DNA of 64,000 bases from Eledone cirrhosa (GCA_964016885.1 OZ024745.1:56544001-56608000); one strand, 5' to 3'. Shown: positions 1 to 15,431, counted from the stretch's first letter. A program made the numbers and translations. The notes: a model not told the origin generated them from the sequence alone.

Positions 1-899
1 CTAATGGATATTCTAATTAAATGGATCAGTTGCAGCGTACTTATGACACAATAGTTTGAAAGATATAATATAAATAGATAAGAGTGTCATTAATTATAAC
101 TTGACATCTAATTAATGAGTAAAATTTTCATTTAATGTTTAAGAAAGAGAAATAAGTTTAACGGATCAATTCATGTTTTAATACTTGGGAAAGAAACGTT
201 TTGCGTCTACCCAGTCGAAAGAAGCCTATTGTTACTGTGATATTGTTAATGACACATCAACATTCTAATGGCGATAATTAAATGTATTGTAAAATTTGAT
301 AAAATATTGATTTCAATGTGACGTTATATTTTAGCGTGTATGGAATTAGGAATATTAATATCTCAAGTATACTTAAACAAGAGAGTGAAAAAAATCCAAC
401 CAGAGGGATTAAGCCTTGTTGCACAACATACCATCACAATATCCATTAAATTACAAAGACCCTTCTATGAAGAAAATGAAGAAGATATTGATGATGTAAT
501 ATAATTATTTTAATAATTTAGTCTGAAGGAAAATATTACATTATAACGTATGACTTCAGAGATCAAAATGTTGTACGGGGTTTGTATTCACTTGGAGATT
601 TTCAGGTTGATGATCGATTTAAGTTAGGTAGAAGCAAACACATTCTACCAGGCCAACATCCTCGAGTAGTAGAGCCTGCTGTGTTGGTTAATGAAAACGT
701 TTCCAGACAGGAAAATATAAGTGAGTTGTGCGAGTCTGGCTAGATTTAATACAAGGGGAACAAGCTTCGAGAGTGATGGCCACAGGAGAAATGTTCGGAA
801 TGGCAAAGAAATTTGATAATAAGCTTATTCCAGTTTGGAGTTTATTGCTCACTGACTACATATCAGTAAGTTGAGTGGATTTCCATTGTAGACAAACAG

Positions 900-2770
900 T
901 TAGCGAAGCTGCATAATCATCTTAAATGCTGGAACAAATACATTGTTTTCAGAACCTGAAAACCTCCTGCCAGCATAGCAAGTGGTCTTACTTACTACCA
1001 AAGAATAATGAAACCAAAGTTAAAAACTATCGACCCGTAAACTGTTTATTATATACTTTTCACATCTTTCAAGGCTTTGATATATATTCTGATGGAGAAG
1101 ACATATGCATTTATGGTAGATAACAACAATAATTTATTGGCAACATGACCCTCTCAAAGTATAACAACAATAATTTCACTACTGGTCAAAAAGGCTGCCG
1201 ATGATGTACATATCGATGTAAAGATCATCTCAGAATTAATCGTTTGATCATTGAGATCTGTTATAACAAATTCAGAAACTTTCGCGTGGATTGATTACAA
1301 AGAGTCTTTTGAGAGTATGCCACATTCAGGGATTCTGAAATCACTGGGCATCTTCAAAATTTCTCTTGTAAATTCAAACTTTCTGAAATATAACATGTCA
1401 TTCTGGAAACGGAATCCTAAATTACATCGTTCCGATTGAGTAATAAATTCACAAAATTAACATCGACTATGGAATTTTTTAAGGTGACTCATCTTCACTT
1501 CCTATATTTTGTATCCCTCACAATAGAATTTAGAATGTAATAATTTTCGGATGTAAAATAAAAAAAAGGTTAATTAAACATATGGATGAAGGCCTTTTAC
1601 CGACTGTGAAAGCATTCAGTGATGACATTGGGATGGCGATTGGGCTTGATAAGTGTGCCAAAGCCACTTTCAAGAAAGGGAAATGGACAAACTTAAATTC
1701 AGCCGAACTACATATTGAAAGTTAGTTATAAAATAATTTGAGCAGTAACAAATCTGTAAATACCTATGTATACTTTAAGGTCCTGGCATTCAACATGCAA
1801 GCATGAAAGTGAAAATGAGGAGTGAATGTAATCGGAGAGTAAGAAAAGTTCTGAAATCTGAGCACATAACAAGATAATAACCTTAGCAGTTTCAGTTGTT
1901 AATTATAGCTTCAATATTTTGAACTGGGATATCAGTGAAATAAGTAGAATTGACACAAAACATTGTACGTTGCTGACATGTAATAAGGCAGATATGGATC
2001 TCGTTTGCCTTACCGGAAGTCAAGGAGGCAGAGGGATGACCAAGTTTGGACTATTTTACACAATTGGATCTTCAACCAACAAATGACTGGATACTGAAAC
2101 TCTTTAAAAACACGAAAGGAGTAAGAGCTTCAATCGATATTGAATATGAGAAAAAATACTTCTGACTAATATCTAGGCTGCACAACCCGAGGGGACTGTG
2201 GAAACTGTTGTTGCACACGCAAGTAAAAATATTGGCTGAAACAAAAAGGCATGGACAATTTAACATCAGGATGGAGAAGAAAACTCTGCATGGCAAATAT
2301 GTGTCCCGTTGCAAACAAGCTGATGGTGACCAGAAGCACACTCATCAGTGGCTCTATAGCTCAGAGCTTAAGGCAGAGAGTGGTGGTTTTACATGAGCTG
2401 TACAAGATTAAATTTTATTAACTCGGAAATGTCAAGCCAGTATGATCAGAAATGGAGCGGATCCAAAGAGCCGATTTTGTTACGATGCGATTCATGCATT
2501 GGGACCCTTAGTCTTTGGATGTTGGCCAATACCTACACAAGAGAATATGTCGGTATTAAAAAGTCAAAACTGCTGAAAAGCGGTATAAACATCACCCAGA
2601 TGCTTTAATGAGGGAGAAAATGTAACGGTTCTTTGGGACTTTCCTGTATATAGAAATAGAGCCATCATAACTAATAGAACGGATATTATTGAAAAATACT
2701 AAAACAATACAGAATGTTAACGCTTTATATATGCATCCAATGTGATCACAATATTGCGGCACCAACGAAC
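900..2770 (+). mobile_element. Degenerate R4/Dong-like non-LTR retrotransposon (RT plus restriction-like endonuclease remnants)
   Basis: Broken frames contain NYRPVNCL, WIDYKESFESMPH (cf. WIDYKKAFDSVPH), FSDDIGMAIGLDKCA, KTLHGKY..HQWL..LKAE and VLWDFPVYRNRAIITNRTDII (cf. RLE WDF..NRPDI). Many stops and frameshifts; ends at a (TA)n tract. Confidence 0.75.
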
Positions 2771-2876
<106 letters not shown>

Positions 2877-3816
2877 GACAGAGTTCTTTGAGATACTGGC
2901 TGGAGTGCTCCAGGGAGATACATTGGCTCCCTACCTTTTTGTCATCGTAGTGGACTATTGTATGCGCCTTGCACTGGAGAAACACCAGGACTCTGGCTTT
3001 ACTGTAGCACCGGCTCAGAGCAGGAGAGTTAGGGCGAAAAAGGTATCGGATGCTGAATTTGCCGACGACATAGTTTTGGTGACAAATACAGTGAAGGAGG
3101 CAGAGGATTTGATGCGGGAGGTTGAGACTGTGTCGATGAGTGTGGGGCTGAGAATGAATGAGACTAAAACAAAATATCTGGTAGAGAATGTTGAGAAGCC
3201 AGAAGGGATCACTAATGTAGGCGGGAAGCCGCTGGAATTGGTTGAGGACTTCCTGTATTTGGGAGAAAAGATTGGGAATACGGAAGATGATGTGGTTGAG
3301 AGGAAGAGCAAGGCCTGGGCGGCGTGCCACATCTTGAGATCGGTGTGGAAGTCGGACATTCGTAGAGACCTGAAAATCCGCCTCTTCATTGCTGTAGTAG
3401 AGTCTGTGCTGCTGTATGGGTCTGAGACTTAGACACTGACCAAGAAACTCACTCAGATGGTGGATGGGTGCTACACGAGAATGCTGAGGATGGCTCTGAA
3501 CATTAATTGGTATACACTGAGGATGAAAAACTCAGAGCTGTATGGGAGCATCCCAAAAGTCAGCTCAAAAGTGACACAGAGGAGACTGAGGTTGGCTGGA
3601 CATGCTCACCGACATCCAGAGTTGACATTGCACTCAGTGCTCCTTTGGGAGCCCCTACATGGACACACTAGAAGAGAAAGACGAAGGTTAACATATGTTG
3701 ATGCCCTAAGGACAGACACTGGTCTGTTGGAGATGCAGGATATGGCAGCGATAATGAGGGACAGAGACCGCTGGAGAGAACTCGTCCATGGATCTCGGGA
3801 ATTTTACCCGCCTTAG
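2877..3816 (+). mobile_element. 5'-truncated RTE/RTEX-like LINE (RT C-terminal half)
   Basis: GVLQGDTLAPYLF, FADD, SVLLYGSET*(W) and RRLRLAGH in one frame with a single TAG at 3430-3432; (TA)n on both sides. Confidence 0.85.
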
Positions 3817-3835
3817 ATATATATATATATATGTA

Positions 3836-4723
3836 CGAGGTGGGTCAGAAAGTTCCAGGACTGATGTCACAAAAGATTTATTTTAAACCCAAACTTCACA
3901 CTAAGAGTTTTCTCCTTCAAAGTAATCACCCTGGAGTCTAATGCACTTTTCCATCCTTTTCTGCCATGCTTGCATGCACTCCTGGAAGGATTCTTCCGGG
4001 ACCCTCCGAAGTTCCGTCGTCACGGCCTTTTTGATGTCGTCCACGTCTTCAAAACGGGTCCTCTCCGGCCCGTACTCGAAGATCCCTGACTCATTACCGG
4101 TGATGACTGTCCCTAGCAAATCTGGTTCGGTTTCAAGACGCTCGAGGATGTCCTGGCACACTTGTATGCGTCGACCCTTCTGGTCATTGTTCAGCTGTTT
4201 TGGCACCATCTTCGCGCAAACTTTCCGCATGTCCAAATCTTCAGTGCGAATCTTCCACTCGCTGTCCCGATTCATGCCCAGCTCATTTGCCATCAGTCGA
4301 CCAGTCAGCCGACGATCGCTACGCACGATCTGCCTCACGCGCTCAAAGTTGACCTCAGTCCTGGTTGTTGAGTGCCTTCTGCTCCTGGGGTCATCTTCCA
4401 CGTCCTTCTTTAAACCTCTTGCACCACTCAAAAACACGTGAGCGTGACGTCGTCTCATCTCCATACACTTGCTACAGCAATCCCAGTTCTTCTGACAGAG
4501 CTTTCAAGTTTGTTCGTTGCTCTGTGCTCATTGCTTGACGACCTGAAACAGAGGAGATGTATATAAAATTATGAAGAAAAAAGTTTGATCGCTGCAGAGA
4601 GCTAAGATTGCAGTTACATACTTCAGGGGCATTACTTTGAAGGAGAAAACTCTTAGTGTGAAGTTTGGGTTTTGAAATAAATCTTTTGTGACATCAGTCC
4701 TGGAACTTTTCTGACACACCTCG
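3836..4723 (-). mobile_element. Internally deleted mariner element with ~100-bp terminal inverted repeats
   Basis: TA at 3834-35 and 4724-25. Inverted repeats at about 3836-3937 and 4620-4723. Transposase remnant 3901-4464 has VEDDPRS, KVCAKMVPK (WVPR-like), ITGNES and GDYFEG; the middle of the catalytic domain is missing. Confidence 0.9.
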
Positions 4724-4749
4724 TATATACAGTGTATTTGGTAATACAC

Positions 4750-5153
4750 TGTATGCTTAATTAAAAGCATTTTGAAGACCTTACGCTATTGTCACTTACT
4801 TAGTTTTCGACAAACAAAGGGAGAGAAGCTGACAGATCTCTGTTTCATACTGTTGTTATTCTTAAGAGATTATCACTAACCTTGTCTGTTGAAAAATTAT
4901 GAATGTTGGATTCTTATAGAATTCTAGTAATAATCCCCGGAACTGATTATAGAGAGCGGGTGACGGTCCAGCAAAAAATAAGAATCCAACATTCATAATT
5001 TTTCAACAGACAAGGGGAGTGATAAGGAATACCGACAGTATGAAACTGAGATCTGTCAGCTTATCTGCCTTTGTTTGTTGAAAAAAGAAGTGACATAGTC
5101 ACTACTTTAAAACAATAGCGGAAGGTCTTCAAAATGCTTTTAATTAGGCATAC
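4750..5153. repeat. Fold-back element with ~165-bp imperfect arms and a decayed HHR-like motif
   Basis: 4750-4917 is an inverted copy of about 4979-5153. The - strand at 4829-4868 reads CUUAAGA-stem-GAAACag(agau)cuGUC. Confidence 0.65.
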
Positions 5154-5202
5154 ACTATATATACATTCATATACACATCGCTATTTCAGAGCACCAATTC
5201 TA

Positions 5203-7009
<1,807 letters not shown>

Positions 7010-8343
7010 TAACAGTGCCAAAAGAGGATACATGACGAACGAGATCGCGCGAATCAAAAACAGATGCAGCGATCTCGCGAGTGGTGTCACTCATACGAAG
7101 CGATTCTTCGAGATGCTGGAGACGAACGGCTACCCTACCTCGCTCACAGACAGAGTAGGAGACACCAGACACTAGAAACAGAGAGGCACCCAAGGCAAGT
7201 GCTTCCTTAAAACGCCACACCTGCGCGAGAAAACCACCAACGCTATCCGCAATGCTATACGGAGGGAGAGCCTCGACATTCACCTGGCCCACTCGGGCCC
7301 CTCCCTGCGAAGATGCCTCTCCAGGAAACCCGGGTAATCAACTGATGCGTGCTCCCTCAGAGACTGCCCGATGCGCCATGCGAACTGTTGCCTACGCACA
7401 TACGTCGTGTATAAGATAGAATGTAACAAGTGCAACCAATACTATATAGGTAGAAGAATCCGGCCGTTGCACATCCGGATCAAGGAACACACTAACACCA
7501 GGGCCTCGTCTTTCCGGAAACACATAGCCAAATGCAGAAACAAAGACGGAAGGCCCATTGTCACAATTCTAGCGAAAGAAAGAAACGTCGGCATGTTACG
7601 TATCAAGGAAGCACTTTGGATGAAACGCATAGGGCCACAATTAAACAACCGATCCGAGAGAAGCGAAATGAGGTGGTTGGTTTAAGTTAATAAACGATGC
7701 AGCAACACACGCGCGCACACACACACACGGTAGCATTCCACCATACGAACATACTACACTGCCAATACAGAGGAACAAGGCAACAACACACGCACACACA
7801 TACTCAAGCGAGACAACAACACACGCACACACACACAGTAACATTCACTAAACAGGCAGTGAATGGACTGACAGCTAGCGCCACCCCACTCCCACAATTG
7901 AAAGAACTACTTCGGCCGCTAACATCTGCCTGACCGACCCCATTTCACGCGCACACGCGCTATGCTGAATACCTCAGATATTCAAAATAACGAACAACGG
8001 AGGACACGTTTCGCACCTTTCCGACAACCCCCCCACCCCGAAATAACCCCAGTTGATGGATGTGAGGATGTGAATCCGAAATATATAGGGACAATTAAAT
8101 CTCTCCCAAGGTAACTCTTTCTCGTGTTGTTATTTTTATTTTTATCCTTTACGCTCTTTCCTTCATTTCTCTACACGCTACAGTCTTATACACCCACGCA
8201 TATCAACGTACACCCAGTTACATCTCTCTCTTCACCACCGGATCTTGTTACCCGGAGATTTACCCATCTGCATTGTCGAGGCTTCCAAACGACTTAAAGA
8301 AATTTACCTTATTATTCCACAATGCGTCAAGAAAACTTCAATA

Positions 8344-8348
<5 letters not shown>
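7010..8348 (+). mobile_element. Inverted second arm of the same PLE
   Basis: Diverged reverse complement of about 5325-6639 (ORF 7371-7685 is the GIY-YIG part), with a ~40-nt extra 3' tail before (TA)n. Confidence 0.9.
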
Positions 8349-8400
<52 letters not shown>

Positions 8401-8404
<4 letters not shown>

Positions 8405-8979
8405 ATAATAATAAATTTGAAGACTAAAATCCAAAGAGGGCTCGATAAGGATAAATATATATCAATATATAAGAACCGTAGAGCAAATATTTATTAAAAT
8501 AACAGATTGAAGCTTAAGCAAAGAATCGCTGCTGTCACCCTTAACGGGATCTTCTGAAACTAACGAAGTCAAACTGTAAACGCAGAAGTATATATTTCAA
8601 AAAACGTTGCAACCGGAAGAAGACAGGAAGACGATACTTTGGTTCGTGGAAACGTTCCCTATGCAAATAAGTAATGGTATAAACGAAACGTTTCTTACCA
8701 GGTTCTTGGTTATGCTGGCACGATGGTTGGAATGCTTACTTATGTAATTAAGCGTATGATTCGGTAATACAACCCATTCGATAAATTGAGGGTAACGTCG
8801 AGGTAATTAACGACCGAGAGATTGGCCTCAACCTGTCCAAAGTATCGTCTTCCTGTCTTCTTCCAGTTGAAACGTTTTTTGAAATATCCACTTCCTCGTT
8901 TACAGATTGACTTTGTTAGTTTCAGAAGATCCCGTTAAGGGTGAAAGCAGCGATTCTTTGCTTAAACTTTAATCTGTTA

Positions 8980-8985
<6 letters not shown>
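8401..8985. mobile_element. Non-autonomous inverted-arm element (family A)
   Basis: About 8493-8645 is inverted at about 8838-8985; (TA)n flanks. Other copies at 13951-14211, 19717-19768 and 33153-33336. Confidence 0.75.
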
Positions 8986-9063
<78 letters not shown>

Positions 9064-9479
9064 AATAAAATAACAAGGACGATTGGTTAATCCTTCATTA
9101 CGTTAATTGGTTGGTGACGCGCGTATATGTGTGTGTGTTAACAATCGTGAGTATCTTAAATATATATTCAAAGCAGGAAGATATTCGTTCCATATATAAT
9201 TAACCGCTACAGGTTATTTTCCTTTTTTCTCATTAATTCTTTTAATTACAAGTAATTGACACAACTTTTTTTTTAAATAAAAAAATAATGTGCAGATATC
9301 TAATTACATTGCTTTTTAAAGATGAGTTCTTTAAATATGTCTCTAACTCTAAAATAATAGATACGTAGCAAATTAACCAACAGTATTAATAGCACTGTTT
9401 GGGATATTCGTACATTTTTAATTTAAGATCATAATTTGTATATATGTATGTATGTTCTCTCTTTCTCTTAATTTCGAGT

Positions 9480-9910
9480 ATATTTTTGACCGGCCATCTT
9501 CCTGGTGGCAAGGTTGTAAAAGAAAAGAAATTGTCATCCCTTGAATCGCAAGAATGTTTTGCAAATGTTGAAGGTGCCAGCTGTCCCAGCCACTTGTGGA
9601 CTATGAATTAGTGAGCTGCGCTCTTTGTCCGCAAATCCAAGTTTAGTTATACATTGGTCCAAGCGGGTTGGTATATAACCCGTAGCTCCAATAATGATGG
9701 GTATGAAGCAAACTGGATTTGTAAACCCCTCCTCGATGGTCCGTAGATGTCCTCCTTCTCCTGTATTTTTCTGACAACGTTTACATCAAGTGGGCAGCTG
9801 ATCTCCACAACAGAACACGTTTTCAATGTCTGGTCCCAAACAAAAATATCAAGCCGGTTGTGCTTTAATTTTGTGGCAGTTATTATTTTCAGATTCCACC
9901 GGTATTCCTT
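9480..9910 (-). mobile_element. 3' fragment of an RLE-type (R4/NeSL-like) non-LTR retrotransposon
   Basis: Manual - strand translation gives WNLKIITATKLKHNRLDIFVWD..CSVVEISCPLDVN..KIQEKEDIY..PIIIGATG, resembling the (P)D..E..K..Y restriction-like endonuclease C-terminus. Confidence 0.75.
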
Positions 9911-10082
9911 AGTGCCATATGTCTGTCTATATGTATGTATTTATGAATGTATGTATGTTATTTGAGGACGGTCATACGGTCAATATTGCCAGAAATATAT
10001 AATAAAACACATTCATTGTTCAGTTCTGATTGGTTTTCGCTTCCGTATATTTTATATCCGTGTAGTTAATTTAAGTGTACAA

Positions 10083-10210
<128 letters not shown>

Positions 10211-10249
10211 CATATATAATGATATATATGTATATATATATACATATAT

Positions 10250-10344
10250 ATAATTGTTTCTACATTTTAGCACAAGGCCAGCAATTATAACAGTGTATTA
10301 CTGGTACTTTACCCCGTAAGGATGAAAGGCAAAGTTAACCTCGG
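10250..10344 (-). mobile_element. SINE fragment (same family as 15507-15700)
   Basis: gcacaaggccagcaatt..ccccgtaaggatgaaaggcaaagttaacctcgg matches the longer copy. Confidence 0.75.
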
Positions 10345-10395
10345 TGAATGATATATACATATATATATATATCTATACATATATATATATACATA

Positions 10396-10452
<57 letters not shown>

Positions 10453-10498
10453 AAAATAACAGGAGGCTGGACTGGTGTAAATCCTTGAAAGGTTTATT

Positions 10499-10556
10499 AT
10501 ACTATGATCATTTCAATGACCGTGTTCCATATGAATCCGGTGATATCATCAGGTAT
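10499..10556 (-). ncRNA. Minimal type I hammerhead ribozyme motif
   Basis: auac-CUGAUGA-(accg/cggu stem)-GAAA-ugauc-AUA-guau, then AAUAAA; palindromic helix III (ugauca). Confidence 0.7.
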
Positions 10557-10864
10557 TCGAAATATAACAAAGGAATATGTAAAAAACATGGGTCCGAAAA
10601 ATCAGAGACAGAGAGGACGACTTACCAACTAGCTGCCTTCACCTCGGCCAGTCCCCCTCAAAGTGATGGCTACTCGAGTAGCCTGCTGTTATTTTTATTT
10701 ATAATTAACTCCATATTCGCACCACCAACTACACAAACGAAGACGGGTGAACTGCACTACGTTGAATACTCTCCACAATATTACACCAAGATTGACCATA
10801 CGGAATGACCAATTCTATCCAGTGGTGGACCAACAAACTTAAAGAATTATATATATATATATAT

Positions 10865-11070
10865 ATAGGAACGAGTAGGACCCCGACGGCTGAGCTCAAG
10901 CCGTTTCGACGGCTAATTCTGGACTAAAAAAAAAAAAAGAATTAGCCGTCGAAACGGCTTGAGCTCAGTCGTCGGGGTCCTACTCGTTCCTATTACCCAC
11001 TCTACTACCCTAAGTATTGAGTACTTTGGGGCATTATGGTCCACCTGGTTCCTTACCACATTTCCTTCGT
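10865..11070. repeat. 56-bp-arm palindrome plus 3' tail between (TA)n tracts
   Basis: 10865-10920 versus 10938-10993 with one mismatch; shorter relative at about 11782-11892. Confidence 0.8.
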
Positions 11071-11676
11071 TATATATATATATATATATATATATAAATG
11101 TGTGTGTATATGTGTGTGTGTGTATGTGTGTGTGTGTGTGTGTATGTGTGTGTGTGTGTGTTTATGTGTGCGTGTGTGTGTGTATGTGCATGTATTTTTT
11201 CTGATTTTATAATTTTGTAAATTTTTGCCAATGGAGAGAGAGAGTCGGTCTCTAACATAGACATACGACTCTCATTGGAATTTAAACGTCAAGTAGGTAG
11301 ATGTGACTGCATCTCTGCATGCATATGTGTGTAGGTATGGATGATATTGTATGTGTGGATATGTATGTTTTGAGTTATATGTGTGGATATGCATATGCTT
11401 TGTATCTGTACATGTATACATGCAGTTATTAGATGCATGTATGTTTGAATGTATGTCTGTCAGCTATATATGTCACAAAATTCCGGAGGGCGGGATCGGC
11501 AACGAGAAGATCGAATTAGTAATTTTGGGAGTTTCAGATTACAGAATTGTATATTAGACAACAATCAGTATTGAACATGCCATTTTGTGTCACTTGTTTA
11601 CATTTATACATATACATCGCTCTCTCTATTTCTCTCTTTATCTCTCTCTCTTTCTTTCTCTCTCTCGCTCTCTCTG

Positions 11677-11727
<51 letters not shown>

Positions 11728-12949
11728 TATATATATATATGTGTATATATATATATCATATATATATCTGTTTATATGAAAAAGATTCTGGACCCCGATG
11801 GCTGACAACTAGTCGGGGTCTTTAGTCTTTTCTTATTACGCACTCTACAACCCCAAGTATCCTGTACTCTGGTGGGTTATGCTCTAGCTGGTATATATAT
11901 ACGTATCAATTAATATGTCTCACTAATATATTATATACCAAACAATCACTCTATCTATCTTTCTTTCTTTCGTGCTATTTAACTATCACCATATCTTCCT
12001 ATTGTATACTCATCTTGGAAGTAGGCTGAATTGTTACGAGCAACGATGCCCTACATTCGTTTCTTGTTTGGATTGAATAAGGCCAGAAAAAAATCAAACG
12101 AAGCAATAATCAATATAGTCAGCAAAATAGAACCGTGCCAGTTATTCACATCAGAGGAAAATCGATAAATCACTCTAACTCACTGGTGGCAATGTAACAG
12201 AAACTGGAGTATTATGTAAATCCAAATTTGCTTGCACAGATGATTTTTTTCATCCTTCACCTCTGCATTTGAATTTCGATTTTATTTTATTCATTTTATT
12301 TATTTTTTCTTTCAGCTGAGCATTCTATTTTGTCGGCTTTATGCTTTATATACTTATTTTGACTGATCTTCGTCCATTGAAGTTTCATTATTGTTATTTC
12401 TACTATTATTAATATTTTGGCCATTGTTGCATATGATAATGTTGAAATATACAAGGATGACCCGAGGAAAGACTATGATGTGAGCTTGTAGTATTGTATT
12501 TGCATATTGCGTTCAAACAACTACATAGTACACTGCTGACTTCATTTTGCCTAGCTTGAAAAGCTAAATATCTGTAATGTGGCAGAATATTTCGATAGAT
12601 CGTTTGATCCTGACGATAAATGCAAGGCGTATTATTATTTCAGGACATATTATTATTTCAAAAGTATTGTACCTCCTTAACCGGTTATTATATCGAAAAT
12701 TTGGCTCAGAGAAAATGGGTTTGCATTTGGATGTACCCCAATTTATACCTTTAACGCTGTCTAATACGACTTTATTCCATGACTGATTACAACTCCATTA
12801 TTAGCTTTGCAATAAAATATTTCTGATCTTCTGGATCGGCGGAGGGTAGCGTTTACGGCATTCTCATAACTTGATTTAATGAATGTTAGGTATAAATATA
12901 TATAATGTATGACTATGAATCCTCGTCTGTGATATTGCTCAAGGGAACG

Positions 12950-13410
12950 GAAAGGTCAGTTCTATTCAAAGTCTCGGAGAATATGATGGAATGCTAACGT
13001 GATCATTGTACTTACCTTATTTTATTATCACTCCGATTTTAACGGAGATATCAATAACGTGGTCCAATTATATACAATTCGTGAGATGTCGGATCATCCT
13101 ACTCTGATAAAATTAAAGCAACTGTATGAAAGATTAATATATTGAAGGCACCGAGACTTGGATTTTTACCATTTGATTTCTGATATTTGGTCCTGGGCGT
13201 TTGTTCTTCAAGACTGGATAGATGTGATCCTTGTTTCCCTGTTCAATTGAAAGACGCCAAAGTCGATGTATCGTAAGTATCGGAGAATAAGCACTCTTAA
13301 AGCAGTGGATAAATTGTTTGCAAAATGTCTCTTTAATAGACGTACCAAAAGAATCCACCTAAGAGTGAGTCCTGAGACACAATGTGGTTTTAGGTTGGAC
13401 AGAGGCATAA
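12950..13410 (+). mobile_element. Highly decayed RTE-like RT fragment
   Basis: YRRISTLKAVDKLFAKCLFNR..VSPETQCGFRLDRG resembles YRGISLL..K..PESQCGFR. Confidence 0.55.
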
Positions 13411-13411
13411 C

Positions 13412-13518
13412 GAGAATAATAATAATAAAGTATATATCCCTACACGCAAAAAGCGTCTAGGGACACATGTATTGTCCAACAATCGTGTAGGGATATATAC
13501 TTTATTATTATTATTCTC
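13412..13518. repeat. Short hairpin element (~35-bp arms)
   Basis: gagaataat..aaagtatatatccctacacg versus cgtgtagggatatatacttt..attattctc. Confidence 0.7.
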
Positions 13519-13537
13519 CTCTTGGTCGAGATAAAAT

Positions 13538-13877
13538 TTGGTCGTTCTGACTGCTGCTATTTATAGTGGTAGTTGACTGACCTCCCTATCTCTGCTTCTA
13601 TCTTTACACACGGCACTGGACAGAGTTGCTTCCACATCATTCATTCTCATCTCGGGAACAATTTTGAATAGCGCCAGTTCGTAATTTGAACTCGGGAATT
13701 TTATATTCTCCGAGTGAAAAGAAACTTCGACGAGAGTTTATCTTCTCAATGGAAGGCCGCAAGGACTGTCCATTTATTTTTGAGACTCGAAACCGATTCG
13801 GTAAAGGTAACCATAGTGAGTACAGTGAATTTTTTAAAAAATTTATTTTGAAACTTTTTCTTATTTGCTAAACCTTG

Positions 13878-13882
<5 letters not shown>
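13538..13882. repeat. Dispersed ~340-bp repeat with a diverged inverted copy at about 48914-49246
   Basis: Shared blocks ctgctattt, cacacgg.act.gaca, catcattcatt, gcgccagtt and aaccttgattttata. Confidence 0.6.
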
Positions 13883-13954
<72 letters not shown>

Positions 13955-14295
13955 ATAATAATAAATTTGAAGACTAAAATCCAAAGAGGGCTCGATAAGG
14001 AGAAATATATATAAAATATGTAAGAACCCTAGAGCAAATATTTATTAAAATAACAGATTAAAGTTTAAGAAAAGAAACGCTGCTTTCACTCTTAACGGGA
14101 TCTTCTGCAACTAAAATAATACATGTGTGAACGCAGAAGTAAATATTTCGAAAGACGTTGCAACCGAAGGAAAACAGGAAGACGATACTTTGGTTCGTGA
14201 AGACGTTCCCTGTCAATGCACGGAAAAAAAATGGAAGATAAAACGTCGTTATACCTTTATCCTTGGTTATGTCAACATTTATAAAACACACTTCG

Positions 14296-14357
14296 TATTT
14301 TATCTGATGATAGCGTACCAACATTTTTGGTACCATTGAAATATATATAATAGAATA
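14296..14357 (+). ncRNA. Minimal type I HHR in a Naiad-family pseudo-LTR
   Basis: uauuuuau-CUGAUGA-(guacca/ugguac)-GAAA-uauau-AUA-auagaaua; the ~45 nt downstream match 43826-43870 (reverse complement). Confidence 0.75.
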
Positions 14358-14503
14358 AATATGGTTTTATAAATATAGTTTCCATTTATTTAATATCATT
14401 GAATATTATACTCCAGAAAATCTATTGAGTGGTCTGAATCAGTTATAAACATTTATATTTGTTGAATTACCAACACATTGAATATCCTTTCAGCTTATAT
14501 ATA

Positions 14504-14653
<150 letters not shown>

Positions 14654-14670
14654 ATTATATATATATATTA

Positions 14671-14730
<60 letters not shown>

Positions 14731-14768
14731 TATAATTATATATATATATTAATATATATATATATATA

Positions 14769-15330
14769 TTTCGTTTCTGAATTAGTTTAGCAAGATTCTT
14801 TATCTGAAATCGTGTGTTGAAACCGATATTGTTATACTTTGGGAGGGTCATGTTGCCAATAAGAAACACACGCACCAGGTGCTTTCACTTCAATTAATTA
14901 TTATAATAAATTTATAATAAATTTATAAATTTATAAATTTCTGGTTGGTTGGTTGGTTCCACAACCAGATAGTTGTTTATATATTGTCATAGTTCTTTCG
15001 TCACACACTCTGTGACCTCTTCGTTGACTGGGGATTCCTTTCTTTGTTTCTGTGCCTCTCCTTTGTTCTGTCCTACGCCATTTTGTTTCTGTGTGTGTGT
15101 TGTGTGCTCAGTCTGCGCATGCGCCACATCCGGGTGTCTGTGTGTGTTTATGTTCATTTATTTATTTGTTTATTTACATGTTACTGGTTGGTTGTTTGTT
15201 CTATGTGTGTGTGTGTTTTCATTTTGTCCTTAATTGTAAGTTGTGATGTTGCTGTTCCACTCATATTGCTGTTCCACTCATAAAATCTCCTCCGTGATTA
15301 CATCACAATCTGGGTACTATACTACATTGA
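14769..15330 (-). mobile_element. Non-autonomous HHR-bearing element (family B)
   Basis: Homologous to 19390-19715 and 31553-32185; the HHR core here is mutated (ACGAAGA). Confidence 0.65.
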
Positions 15331-15394
15331 GTGCTACAAGATGCATTCACTCGCACAACTGATAACAATCGCTGATTGACGGACACCAATGGGC

Positions 15395-15431
<37 letters not shown>

